This document shows, in pieces, positions 26,801-40,900 of a stretch of 64,000 nt of DNA. This DNA is from the human T2T-CHM13v2.0 reference genome, Homo sapiens. The stretch's first letter is position 1. Every line of letters begins with the position of its first letter. A program made the translations under genes and the position numbers. A model generated the notes under the pieces. It was not told where the DNA came from and did not search any database. It was given only the letters and a program-made list of their open reading frames with translations. The stretch is from NCBI RefSeq assembly GCF_009914755.1, contig NC_060933.1, one strand, 5' to 3'.

Positions 26801-27850
26801 GGAATCAACCTGAGTGCAATGGAATGCATAGGAATGGAATGGAATGGAATGGAATCTACCCGAATGGAATGGAATGTAATGAAGTGTAAGGGAATTGAAT
26901 AGAATCAATCCGAATGTAATGGAATGGAATGGAACGGAATGGAATGGAATGGAATGGAATGCAATGCAATGGAATCAACCCGAGTGCAATCGAATGGAAT
27001 CGAATGGAATGGAATGCAATGGCATGGATTCAACTTGAATGGAATGGAAAGAATGGAATCAACACGAGTGGAATGGCATGGATTGGAATGGAATGGAATG
27101 GAATCAACCCGAGTACAGGAGAATGGAATGGAATGGAATGCAATGGAATGGAATCATCAGTAACGGAATGGAAAGGAACGGAATGGAATGGAATGGAATG
27201 GAATGGAATGAACTCGATTGCAATCGAATGGAATGGAATGGAATTAACCCGAATAGAATGGAATGGAATGGAATGGAACGCACCGGAATGGAATGGAATG
27301 GAATGGAATGGAACGGAATGGAACGGAACGGAACGGAATGGAATGGAATGCAATGGAATGGAATCAACGCGAGTGCAGGAGAATGGAAAGGAATGGAATG
27401 GAATGGAATGGAATCTTCCGGAATGGAATGGAATGGAATGGAATGGAATGCAATGGATTCAAATCGATTGCAATGGAATGGAATAGAATGGAATGGAATG
27501 GAATGGAATGGAATTAACCCTAATAGAATGGAATGGAATGGAATGGAACGGAATGGAACGGAATGCAATGGAATGGAATGGAATGGAATGGAATGGAATG
27601 GAATGGAATGGTATGGAATGGAATGGAATGGTACGGAATAGAATGGAATGGAACGACTTGGAATGGAATGGAGTCGAATGGAATGGAATGGAATGGAATG
27701 GAATGGAATCAACGCAAGTGCAGGGGAATGTAATAGAACGGAATGCAATGGAATGGAATCATCCGGAATAGAATGGAATGGAATGAAGTGGAATGGAATC
27801 AACCCGAGTGCAATGGAATGGAGTGGAATGGAATGGAATGGAATGGAACA

Positions 27851-27959
27851 ACCCGAATGGAATGGAATGTAATGGAGAGTAAGGGAGTTGAATAGAATTA
27901 ATCCGAATGGAATGGAATGTAATTGAGAGTAAGGAAGTTGAATAGAATGAATCCGAATG
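27851..27959 (+). repeat. 50-bp tandem duplication of the GAGAGTAAGGGAGTTGAATAG module
   Basis: 27851-27900 and 27901-27950 align in register with 4 mismatches. This module occurs singly everywhere else. Confidence 0.85.
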
Positions 27960-30900
27960 TAATGGAATGGAATGGAACAGAATGGAATTGAATGGAATGG
28001 AATGGAATGCAATGGAATGGAATCAACCCGAGTACAATGGAATGAAATGGAATGGAATGGAATGGAATGGAATTGAATGGAATGGAATGGCTTCAAACCG
28101 AATGGAATGGAAAGGAATGGAATCAACACGAGTGGAATGGAATGGAATGGAATGGAATGGTACGGAATAGAATGGAATGGAACGAAATGGAATGGTATGG
28201 AATGGAATGGAATGGAATGGAATGGAATGGAATGGAATGGAATGGAATGGAATCGTTCCGAGTGGAATAGGAGGGAATGTATTCGAGTGGAATGGAAAGG
28301 AATGGAATCAACCAGAGTGGAATGGAAGGGAATGGAATGAAATGGAAACAAATAGAATGGAATCAACCCGAGTGGAAAGGGATGGAAAGGAATGGAATGG
28401 AGTGGAATGGAATGGAATGGAAAGGAATGGAATCAACTCGATTGTAATGGAATGGAATGGAATGGAATGGAATGGAATGGAATGGAATTAACCCGAATAC
28501 AATGGAATGGAATGGAATGGAACGGAATGGAGTGGAATGGAATGGAATCAACCCGAGTTTAGGGGAATGGAATGGAATGGAATGCAATGGAATGGAATCA
28601 TCCGGAATGGAATGGTATGGAATGGAATGCAATGCAATGGAATCAACTCGATTGCAATGGAATGGAATGGAAAGGAATAGAATGGAATCAACCCGAGTGG
28701 AATGGAATGGAAAGGACTGGAATGGAGTGGAATGGAATGGAATGGAATGGAATTAACTCGATTGGAATGGAATGGAATGGAATGGAATGGAATTAACCCG
28801 AATAGAATGGAATGGAATGGAATGGAACGGAATGGAATGGAATGGAATGGAATGGAATGGAATGCAATGGAATGGAATCAGCCAGACTGTAGGGGAATGG
28901 AATGGAATGGAATGCAATGGAATGGAATCATCCGGAACGGAATGGAATGGAATGGAATGGAATCAACTCGATTGCAATGGAATGGAATGGAATGGAATGG
29001 AATCGAATGGAATGGAATGGAATTAACCCGAATAGAATGGAATGGAATGGAATGGAAAGGAATGGAAGGGAATGGAATGGAATGTAATCAACCCGAGTGC
29101 AGGGGAATGTAATAGAATGGAGTGCAGTGGAATGGAATCATCCGGAATGGAATGGAATGAAATGGAATGCAATCAAGCTGATGCAATGGAATGGAGTGGA
29201 ATGGAATGGAATGGAATGGAAACATCCCGAATGGAATGGAATGTAATGCAGTGTAAGGGAATTGAATAGAATCAATCCGAATGTAATGGAATGGAATGGA
29301 ATGAAATGGAATGGAATGGAATGGAAGGGAATCAACCAGAGTGCAATGGAATGGATTCGAATGGAATGGAATGGAATGGAATGGATTCAACAAGAATGGA
29401 ATGGAAAGGAATGGAATCAACCCGAGTGTAATGGCATGGAATGGAACGGAATGGAATGGGATGGAATGGAATGGTACGCATTAGAATGGAATGGAATGAA
29501 ATGGAATGGAATGGAATGGAATGCAATGGAATGGAATGGAATGGAATGAACCCGTGTGCAATGGAATGGAATGGAATGGAATGGAATGGAATGGATTCAA
29601 CTCGAATGGAAACAACGCGATTGAAATGGAATGGAATGGAATGGAAAGGAATAGAATGGAATCAACCCGAGTGGAATGGAATGGAAAGGACTGGAATGGA
29701 ATGGAATGGAATGGAATCAACTCGATTGTAATGGAATGGAATGGAATGGAATGGAATGGAATTAACCCGAATAGAATGGAATGGAATGGAATGGAACGGA
29801 ATGGAATAGAATGGAATGGAATGGAATGGAATGGAAAGGAATCAACCCGAGTGCAGGGGAATGGAATGGAATGGAATGCAATGGAATGGAATCATCTGGA
29901 ACGGAATGGAATGGAATGGAATGGAATCAACTCGATTGCAATGGAATGGAATGGAATGAAATGGAATGGAATGGAATGGAATGGAATGGAATGGAATGGA
30001 ATGGAATGGAATTCACCCGAATAGAATGGAATGGAATGGAATGGAATGGAAAGGAATGGAAGGGGAGGGAATGGAATGTAATCAACCCGAGTGCAGGGGA
30101 ATGGAATGGAATGGAATGCAATGGAATGGAATCATCTGGAATGGAATGGAATGGAATGGAATGGAATTGAATGGAATGGAATGGAATGGAATGGAATCAA
30201 CCCGATGCAATGGAATGGAGTGGAATGGAATGGAATGGAATGGAAACATCCCGAATGGAATGGAATGTAATGGAGTGTAAGGGAATTGAATAGAATCAAT
30301 CCGAATGTAATGGAATGGAATGGAATGAAATCGAATGGAATGGAATGGAATGGAATCAACCCGAGTGTAATGGCATGGAATGGAATGGAATGGAATGGGA
30401 TGGAATGGAATGGTACGGAATAGAATGGAATGGAATGAAATGGAATGGAATGGAATGGAATGGAATGGAATGAACCCGTGTGCAATGTAATGGAATGGAA
30501 CGGAATGGAATGGATTCAACTCGAAAGGAATCAACTCGATTGCAAAGGAATGGAATGGAATGGAAAGGAATAGAATGGAATCAACCCGGGTGGAATGGAA
30601 TGGAAAGGACTGGAATGCAGTGGAATGGAATGGAAAGGTATTTAATCAAATCGATTGGAATGGAATGGAATGGAATGGAATGGAATGGAATCAACTCTAT
30701 TGCAATGGAATGGAATGGAATGGAATGGAATGGAATGGAATGGAATGGAATGGAATGGAATTAACCCGAATAGAATGGAATGGAATGGAGTGGAACGGAA
30801 TGTAATGGAATGGAATGGAATCAACCCGAGTGCAGGGGAATGGAATCGAATGGAATGCGATGGAATGGAATCATCCGGAATGGAATGGAATGGAATGGAA

Positions 30901-31699
30901 TGGAATGGAATGGAATGGAATCAACTCGATTTCAATGGAATGGAATGGAATATAATGGAATGGAATTAACACGAATAGAAAGGAATGGAATGGAATGGAA
31001 TGGAACGGAAAGAATGGAGTGGAATGGAATGGAATTAACCCGAGTGCAGGGTAATGGAATGGAATGGAATGCAATGGAATGGAATCATAGGTAATGGAAT
31101 GGAAAGGAATGGAATGGAATGGAATGGAATGGAATGGAATGGAATGGAATCAACTCGATTGTAATCGAATGGAATGGAATGGAATTAACCCGAATAGAAT
31201 GGAATGAAATGGAATGGAACGGAACGGAATTGAATGGAATGGAATGGAATGGAATGGAACGGAACGGAAAGGAATGGAATGGAATGGAATGGAATGGAAT
31301 GGAATGGAATGGAATGGAATCAACGCGAGTGCAGGGGAATGGAATGGAATGGAATGCAATGGAATGGAATCTTCCGGAATGGAATGGAATGGAATGGAAT
31401 GGAATGGAATGGAATGGAATGCAGTGGATTCAACTCGATTGCAATGGAATGGAATAGAATGGAATGGAATGGAATGGAATGGAATGGAATGGAATTAACA
31501 CTAATAGAATGGAATGGAATGGAATGGAACGGAATGGAATGGAATGGAATGGAATGGAATGGAATGGAATGGTATGGAATGGAATGGAATGGTACGGAAT
31601 AGAATGGAATGGAACGAATTGGAATGGAATGGAATGGAATGGAATGGAATGGAATGGAATGGAATCAACGCGACTGCAGGGGAATGTAATAAAACGAAT

Positions 31700-34600
31700 G
31701 CAATGGAATGGAATCATCCGGAATGGAATGGAATGGAATGGAATGGAATGGAATCAACCCGAGTGCAATGGAATGGAGTGGAATGGAATGGAATGGAATG
31801 GAACAACCCGAAAGGAATGGAAAGTAATGGAGATTAAGGCAGTTGAATAGAATGAATCCGAATGGAATGGAATGGAATGGAACGGAATGGAATGGAATGG
31901 AATGGAATGGAATGCAATGGAATGGAATCAACCCGAGTACAATGGAATGGAATGGAATGGAATGGAATGGAATGGAATTGAATGGAATGGAATGGCTTCA
32001 AACCGAATGGAATGGAAAGGAATGGAATCAAGACGAGTGGAATGGAATGGAATGGAATGGAATGGAATGGAATGGAATGGTACGGAATAGAATGGAATGG
32101 AACGAAATGGAATGGAATTGAATGGAATGGAATCGTTCCGAGTGGAATAGGAGGGAATGTATTCGAGTGGAATGGAAAGGAATGGAATCAACCAGAGTGG
32201 AATGGAAAGGAATGGAATGGAATGGAATGGAATGGAATGGAATGGAATGGAATCAACTCAATTGTAATGGAATGGAATGGAATGGAATGGAATGGAATGG
32301 AATGGAATGGAATGGAATTAACCCGAATACAATGGAATGGAATGGAATGGAACGGAATGGAGTGAAATGGAATGGAATCAACCCGAGTGCAGGGGAATGT
32401 AATGGAACGGAATGCAATGGAATGGAATCATCCGGAATGGAATGGAATGGAATGGAATGCAATGGAATGGAATCAACCCGAGTGCAATGGAATGGAGTGG
32501 AATGGAATGGAATGGAATGGAACAACCAGAATGGAATGTAATGTAATGGAGTGTAAGGGAGTTGAATAGAATCAATCCGAATGTAATGGAATGGAATGGA
32601 ACGGAATGGAATGGAATGGAATGGAATGGAATGCAATGGAATGGAATCAACCGGAGTACAAAGGATTGGAATGGAATGGAATGGAATGGAATGGAATGCA
32701 ATGGAATGGAAACAACCCGAGTGCAATGGAATGGAGAGGAATGGAATGGAATGGAATGGAAACTACCTGAAAGGAATGGAATGTAATGAAGTGTAAGGGA
32801 ATTCAATAGAATCAATCCGAATGTAATGGAATGGAATGGAACGGAATGGAATGGAATGGAATGGAATGCAATGGAATGGAATCAACCCGAGTGCAATCGA
32901 ATGGAATCGAATTGAATGGAATGCAATGGAATGGATTCAACTTGAATGGAATGGAAAGAATGGAATCAACACGAGCGGAATGGCATGGATTGGAATGGAA
33001 TGGAATGGAATCAACCCGAGTACAGGGGAATGGAATGGAATGGAATGCAATAGAATGGAATCATCAGTAATGGAATGGAAAGGAATGGAATGGAATGGAA
33101 TTGAATGGAATGAAATCGATTGCAATCGAATGGAATGGAATGGAATTAACCCGAATAGAATGGAATGGAATGGAATGGAATGGAACGGAACGGAACGGAA
33201 TGGAATGGAATGGAATGGAATGGAATGGAATGGAATGGAATCAACGTGTGTGCAGGGGAATGGAATGGAATGGAATGCAATGGAATGGAATCTTCCAGAA
33301 TGGAATGGAATGGAATTAAATGGAATGGAATGGAATGCAATGGATTCAACTCGATTGCAATGGAATGGAATAGAATGGAATGAATGGAATGGAATTAACC
33401 CTAATAGAATGGAATGGAATGGAATGGAATGGAATTAACCCTAATAGAATGGAATGGAATGGAATGGAACGGAATGGAACGGAACGGAATGGAATGGAAT
33501 GGAATGGAATGGAGTGGAATGGTATGGAATGGAATGGAATGGTACGGAATAGAATGGAATTGAACGAATTGGAATGGAATGGAATGGAACGGAATGGAAT
33601 GGAATGGAATGGAGTGGAATGGAATCAACCCGAGTGCAATTGAATGGAATCGAATGGAATGGAATGCAATGGAATGCATTCAACTTGAATGGAAAGGAAA
33701 GAATGGAATCAACACGAGTGGAATGGCATGGATTGGAATGGAATGGAATGGAATCAACCTGAGTACAGGGGAATGGAATGGAATGGAATGCAATGGAATG
33801 GAATCATCCGTAATGGAATGGAAACGAATGGAATGGAATGGAATGGAATGGAATGGAATGGAATGGAATGGAATCAACTCGATTGCAATCGAATGGAATG
33901 GAATGGAATTAACCCGAATAGAATGGAATGGAATGGAATGGAACGGAACGGAATGGAATGGAATGGAATGGAATGGAATGGAATGGAAAGGAATGGAATG
34001 GAATGGAATGGAATGGAATGGAATGGAATGGAATCAACGCGAGTGCAGGGGAATGGAATGGAATCGAATGGAATGGAATGGAATGGAATGGAATCAACCC
34101 GAGTGCAGGGGAATGTAATGCAACAGAATGCAATGGAATGGAATCATCCGGAATGGAATGGAATGGAATGGAATGGAATCAACCCGAGTGCAATGGAATG
34201 GAGTGGAATGGAATGGAATGGAATGGAACAACCCGAAAGGAATGGAAAGTAATGGAGATTAAGGCAGTTGAATAGAATCAATCCGAATGGAATGGAATGG
34301 AATGGAACGGAATGGAATGGAATGGAATGGAATGGAATGCAATGGAATGGAATCAACCCGAGTACAATGGAATGGAATGGAATGGAATGGAATGGAATTG
34401 AATGGAATGGAATGGCTTCAAACCGAATGGAATGGAAAGGAATGGAATCAAGACGAGTGGAATGGAATGGAATGGAACGGAATGGAATGGAATGGAATGG
34501 TACGGAATAGAATGGAATGGAACGAAATGGAATGGAATTGAATGGAATGGAATCGTTCCGAGTGGAATAGGAGGGAATGTATTCGAGTGGAATGGAAAGG

Positions 34601-36625
34601 AATGGAATCAACCAGAGTGGAATGGAAAGGAATGGAATGGAATGGAATGGAATGGAATGGAATGGAATGGAATCAACTCAATTGTAATGGAATGGAATGG
34701 AATGGAATGGAATGGAATGGAATGGAATTAACCCGAATACAATGGAATGGAATGGAATGGAACGGAATGGAGTGAAATGGAATGGAATCAACCCGAGTGC
34801 AGGGGAATGTAATGGAACGGAATGCAATGGAATGGAATCATCCGGAATGGAATGGAATGGAATGGAATGCAATGGAAAGGAATCAACCCGAGTGCAATGG
34901 AATGGAGTGGAATGGAATGGAATGGAATGGAACAACCAGAATGGAATGTAATGTAATGGAGTGTAAGGGAGTTGAATAGAATCAATCCGAATGTAATGGA
35001 ATGGAATGGAACGGAATGGAATGGAATGGAATGGAATGGAATGCAATGGAATGGAATCAACCGGAGTACAAAGGATTGGAATGGAATGGAATGGAATGGA
35101 ATGGAATGCAATGGAATGGAATCAACCCGAGTGCAATGGAATGGAGAGGAATGGAATGGAATGGAATGGAAACTACCCGAAAGGAGTGGAATGTAATGAA
35201 GTGTAAGGGAATTCAATAGAATCAATCCGAATGTAATGGAATGGAATGGAACGGAATGGAATGGAATGGAATGGAATGCAATGGAATGGAATCAACCCGA
35301 GTGCAATCGAATGGAATCGAATTGAATGGAATGCAATGGAATGGATTCAACTTGAATGGAATGGAAAGAATGGAATCAACACGAGCGGAATGGCATGGAT
35401 TGCAATGGAATGGAATGGAATCAACCCGAGTACAGGGGAATGGAATGGAATGGAATGCAATAGAATGGAATCATCAGTAATGGAATGGAAAGGAATGGAA
35501 TGGAATGGAATTGAATAGAATGAAATCGATTGCAATCGAATGGAATGGAATGGAATTAAACCGAATAGAATGGAATGGAATGGAATGGAATGGAACGGAA
35601 CGGAACGGAATGGAATGGAATGGAATGGAATGGAATGGAATGGAATGGAATGGAATCAACGTGTGTGCAGGGGAATGGAATGGAATGGAATGCAATGGAA
35701 TGGAATCTTCCAGAATGGAATGGAATGGAATTAAATGGAATGGAATGGAATGCAATGGATTCAACTCGATTGCAATGGAATGGAATAGAATGGAATGAAT
35801 GGAATGGAATTAACCCTAATAGAATGGAATGGAATGGAATGGAATGGAATTAACCCTAATAGAATGGAATGGAATGGAATGGAACGGAATGGAACGGAAC
35901 GGAATGGAATGGAATGGAATGGAATGGAGTGGAATGGTATGGAATGGAATGGAATGGTACGGAATAGAATGGAATGGAACGAATTGGAATGGAATGGAAT
36001 GGAACGGAATGGAATGGAATGGAATGGAGTGGAATGGAATCAACCCGAGTGCAATTGAATGGAATCGAATGGAATGGAATGCAATGGAATGGATTCAACT
36101 TGAATGGAAAGGAAAGAATGGAATCAACACGAGTGGAATGACATGGATTGGAATGGAATGGAATGGAATCAACCTGAGTACAGGGGAATGGAATGGAATG
36201 GAATGCAATGGAATGGAATCATCCGTAATGGAATGGAAACGAATGGAATGGAATGGAATGGAATGGAATGGAATGGAATGGAATGGAATCAACTCGATTG
36301 CAATCGAATGGAATGGAATGGAATTAACCCGAATAGAATGGAATGGAATGGAATGGAACGGAACGGAATGGAATGGAATGGAATGGAATGGAATGGAAAG
36401 GAATGGAATGGAATGGAATGGAATGGAATGGAATGGAATCAACGCGAGTGCAGGGGAATGGAATGGAATCGAATGGAATGGAATGGATTGGAATGGAATC
36501 AACCCGAGTGCAGGGGAATGTAATGCAACAGAATGCAATGGAATGGAATCATCCGGAATGGAATGGAATGGAATGGAATGGAATCAACCCGAGTGCAATG
36601 GAATGGAGTGGAATGGAATGGAATG
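31700..36625 (+). repeat. Tandem duplication, two copies of ~2.41 kb (offsets 2405-2425 bp), slightly diverged
   Basis: Shared private words: CCCGAAAGGAATGGAAAGTAATGGAGATTAAGGCAG (~31807/~34232), CAAGACGAGT, CAACCGGAGTACAAAGGATT, CAACACGAGC, CAACGTGTGTGCAGG (33242/35657), CTTCCAGAA, double TAACCCTAAT, GCAACAGAAT. About a dozen substitutions between copies were seen by eye. Ends are approximate because they lie in shared modules. Confidence 0.92.
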
Positions 36626-37997
36626 GACTGGAACAACCCGAATGGAATGGAATGTAATGGAGAGTAAGGGAGTTGAAAAGAATCAATCCGAATGTAATGG
36701 AATGGAATGGAACGGAATGGAATGGAATGGAATGGAATGGAATAGAATGGAATGGAATGCAATGGAATGCAATCAAACCGAGTACAATGGAATGGAATGG
36801 AATGGAATGGAATGGAATGGAATGGAATGGAATGGAATGCAATGGAATGGAATCTTCCGGAATGGAATGGAATGGAATGGAATGGAATGGAATGGAATGG
36901 AATGCAATGGATTCAACTCGATTGCAATGGAATGGAATAGAATGGAATGGAATGGAATGGAATGGAATGGAATTAAACCGAATAGAATGGAATGGAATGG
37001 AATGGAACGGAACGGAACGGAACGGAGTGGAATGGAATGGAATGGAATTGTATGGAATGGAATGGAATGGTACGGAATAGAATGGAATGGAAAGAATTGG
37101 AATGGAATGGAATGGAATGGAATGGAATGGAATGGAATGAAATGGAATCAACCCGAGTGCAGGGGAATGTAATGGAACGGAATGCAATGGAATGGAATCA
37201 TCCGGAATGGAATGCAATGGAATGCAATGCAATGGAATGGAATGGAATGGAATCAACCCGAGTGCAATGGAATGGAGTGGAGTGGAATGGAATGGAATGG
37301 AACAACCGAATGGAATGGAGTGTAATGGAGAGTAAGGGAGTTGAATAGAATCAATCCGAATGTAATGGAATGGAACGGAATGGAATGGAATGGAATGGAA
37401 TGGAATGGAATGGAATGGAATGGAATGCAATGGAATGGAATCAACCCGAGTACAATGTAATGTAATGTAATGTAATGTAATGGAATGGAATGTAATGGAA
37501 TGCAATGGAATGGAATGGAATGGAATCAACCCGAGTGCAATGGAATGGAGAGGAAAGGAATGGAATGGAATGGAAACTACCCGAATGGAATGGAATGTAA
37601 TGGAGTGTAAGGGAATTGAATAGAATCAATCCGAATGGAATGGAATGGAATGGAACGGAATGTAATGGAATGGAATGGAATGGAATCAACGCGAGTGCAG
37701 GGGAATGGAATGGAATGGAATGCAATGGAATGGAATCATCCGGAATGGAATGGAATGGAATGCAATGGAATGGAATTGAATGGAATCAACCCGAGTGCAA
37801 TGGAATGGAGTGAAATGGAATGGAATGGAATGGAAACAACCAGAATGGATTGGAATATAATGGAGTGTAAGGGAATTGAATAGAATCAATCTGAATGTAA
37901 TGAAATGGAATGGAACGGAATGGAATGGAATGGAATGGAATGGAATGGAATGGAATGCAATGGAATGGAATCAACCCGAGTGAAATCGAATGGAATA

Positions 37998-40900
37998 GAA
38001 TGGAATGGAATGCAATGGAATGGATTCAACTTGAATGGAATGGAAAGAATGGAATCAACACGAGTGGAATGGCATGGATTGGAATGGAATGGAATGGAAT
38101 CAACCCGAGTACAGGGGAATGGAATGGAATGGAATGCAATGGAATGGAATCATCCGTAATGGAATGGAAAGGAATGGAATGGAATGGAATGGAATGGAAT
38201 GCAATGGAATGGAATGGAATCAACTCGATTGCAATCGAATGGAATGGAATGGAATTAACCCGAATAAAATGGAATGGAATGGAATGGAACGGAACGGAAT
38301 GGAATGGAATGGAATGGAATGGAACGGAAAGGAAGGGAATGGAATGGAATAGAAGGGAATGGAATGGAATCAACGCTAGTGCAGGGGAATGGAATGGAAT
38401 GGAATGCAATGGAATGGAATCTTCCGGAATGGAATGGAATGGAATGGAATGGAATGGAATAAACCCGAGTGCAATGGAATGGAGTGGAATGGAATGGAAT
38501 GGAATGGAACAACCCGAATGGAATGGAATGTAATGGAGAGTAAGGGAGTTGAATAGAATCAATCCGAATGCAATGGAATGGAATGGAACGGAATGGAATT
38601 GAATGGAATGGAATGGAATGCAATGGAATGGAATCAACCCGAGTGCAATGGAATGGAGAGGAATGGAATGGAATTGAGTGGAAACTACCCGAATGGAATG
38701 GAATGTAATGGAGTGTAAGGGAATTGAATAGAATCAATCCGAATGTAATGGAATGGAATGGAGCGGAATGGAATGGAATGGAACGAAATGGAATGGAATG
38801 AAATGCAATGGAATGGAATCAACCCGAGTGCAATCGAATGGAATCGAATGGAATGGAATGCAATGGAATGGATTCAACTTGAATGGAATGGAAAGAATGG
38901 AATCAACACGAGTGGAATGGCATGGATTGGAATGGAATGGAATGGAATCAACCCGAGTACAGGGGAATGGAATGGAATGGAATGCAATGGAATGGAATCA
39001 TCCGTAATGGAATGGAAAGGAATGGAATGGAATGGAATGGAATGGAATGGAATGGAATGGAATGGAATGGAATCAACTCGATTACAATCGAATGGAATGG
39101 AATGGAATTAATCCGAATACAATGGAATGGAATGGAATGGAACGGAACGGAATGGAATGGAATGGAATGGAATGGAACGGAACGGAATGGAATGGAATGG
39201 AATGGAATGGAATGGAATGGAATCAACGCGAGTGAAGGGGAATGGAATGGAATGGAATGCAATGGAATGGAATCTTCCGGAATGGAATGGAATGGAATGG
39301 AATGGAATGAAATGCAATGGATTCAACTCGATTGCAATGGAATGGAATAGAATGGAATGGAATGGAATGGAATGGAATTAATCCGAATAGAAAGGAATGG
39401 AATGGAATGGAACGGAATGGAACGGAATGGAATGGAATGGAAAGGAATGGTATGGAATGGAATGGAATTTTATGGAATAGAATGGAATGGAACGAATTGT
39501 AATGGAATGGAATTGAATGGAATGGAATGGAATGGAATGGAATCAACGCGAGTGCATGGGAATGTAATGGAACGGAATGCAATGGAATGGAATCATCCGG
39601 AATAGAATGGAATGGAATGGAATCAACATGAGTGCAATGGAATGGAGTGGAATGTAATGGAATGGAATGGAACAACCCGAATGGAATGGAATGTAATGGA
39701 AAGTAAGGGAGTTGAATAGAATCAATCCGAATGTAATGGAATGGAATGCAACGGAATGGAATGGAATGAAATGGAATGGAATGCCATGGAAAGGAATCAA
39801 CCCGAGTACAATGGAATGGAATGGAATGGAATGGAATGGAATGGAAAGATACGGAATAGATTGGAATGCAACGAAATGGAATGGAATGGAATGGAATGGA
39901 ATGGAATGGAATGGAATGGAATGGAATCGTTCCGAGTGGAATAGGAGGGAATGTATTCGAGTGGAATGGAAAGGAATGGAATCAACCAGAGTGCAATGGA
40001 AGGGAATGGAATGGAATGCAAACTAATAGAATGGAATCAACCCGAGTGGAATGGAATGGAAAGGACTGGAATGGAATGGAATGTAATGGAATCAACTCGA
40101 TTGTAATGGAATGGAATGGAATGGAATGGAATGGAATGGAATGGAATGGAATTAACCCGAATACAATGGAATGGAATGGAATGGAACGGAATGGAGTGGA
40201 ATGGAATGGAATCAACCCGAGTGCAGGGGAATGGAATGGAATTGAATGCATTGGAATGGAATCATCCGGAATGGAATGGAATGGAATGGAATGCAAAGCA
40301 ATGGAATCAACTCGATTGCAATGGAATGGAATGGAATGGAAAGGAATACATTGGAATCAACCCGAGTGGAATGGAATGGAAAGGACTGGAATGGAGTGGA
40401 ATGGAATGGAATGGAATGGAATCAACTCGATTGGAATGGAATGGAATGGAATGGAATTAAACCGAATAGAATGGAATGGAATGGAATGGAATGGAACGGA
40501 ACGGAATGGAATGGAATGGAATGGAATAGAATGGAATCAACCCGACTGCAGGGGAATGGAATGGAATAGAATGGAATGGAATGGAATGGAATCATCCGGA
40601 ACGGAATGGAATGGAATGGAATGGAATCAACTCGATTGCAATGGAATGGAATGGAATGGAATGGAATCGAATGGAATGGAATGGAATTAACCGGAATAGA
40701 ATGGAATGGAATGGAATGGAACGGAATGGAATGGAATGGAATGCAATGGAATGGAATCAACCCGAGTGCAGGGGAATGGAATGGAATGGAATGCAATGGA
40801 ATGGAATCATCCGTAATGGAATGGAAAGGAATGGAATGGAATGGAATGGAATGGAATGGAATGGAATCAACGCGAGTGCAGGGGAATGGAATGGAATGGA

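Noticed and set aside
27104-28366. 420-aa IPFHS-repeat ORF and other - strand ORFs
   Set aside because: The same artefact on the (CATTC)n strand: overlapping ORFs in all frames, with no domain or gene structure.
33396-35859. Interstitial telomere array or DUX4 sites at TAACCCTAAT/TAACCCGAAT
   Set aside because: Only isolated 9-mers with no tandem TTAGGG, and the spacing does not fit the DUX4 TAAYYYAATCA consensus.
35829-37172. Longest ORF (447 aa) and all other MEWNG-repeat ORFs on the + strand
   Set aside because: (GGAAT)3 encodes MEWNG-type repeats in all three frames with frequent ATG and no stop. ORF ends simply track the variant words, and duplicate copies change frame through 5-bp indels, so there is no coding constraint.
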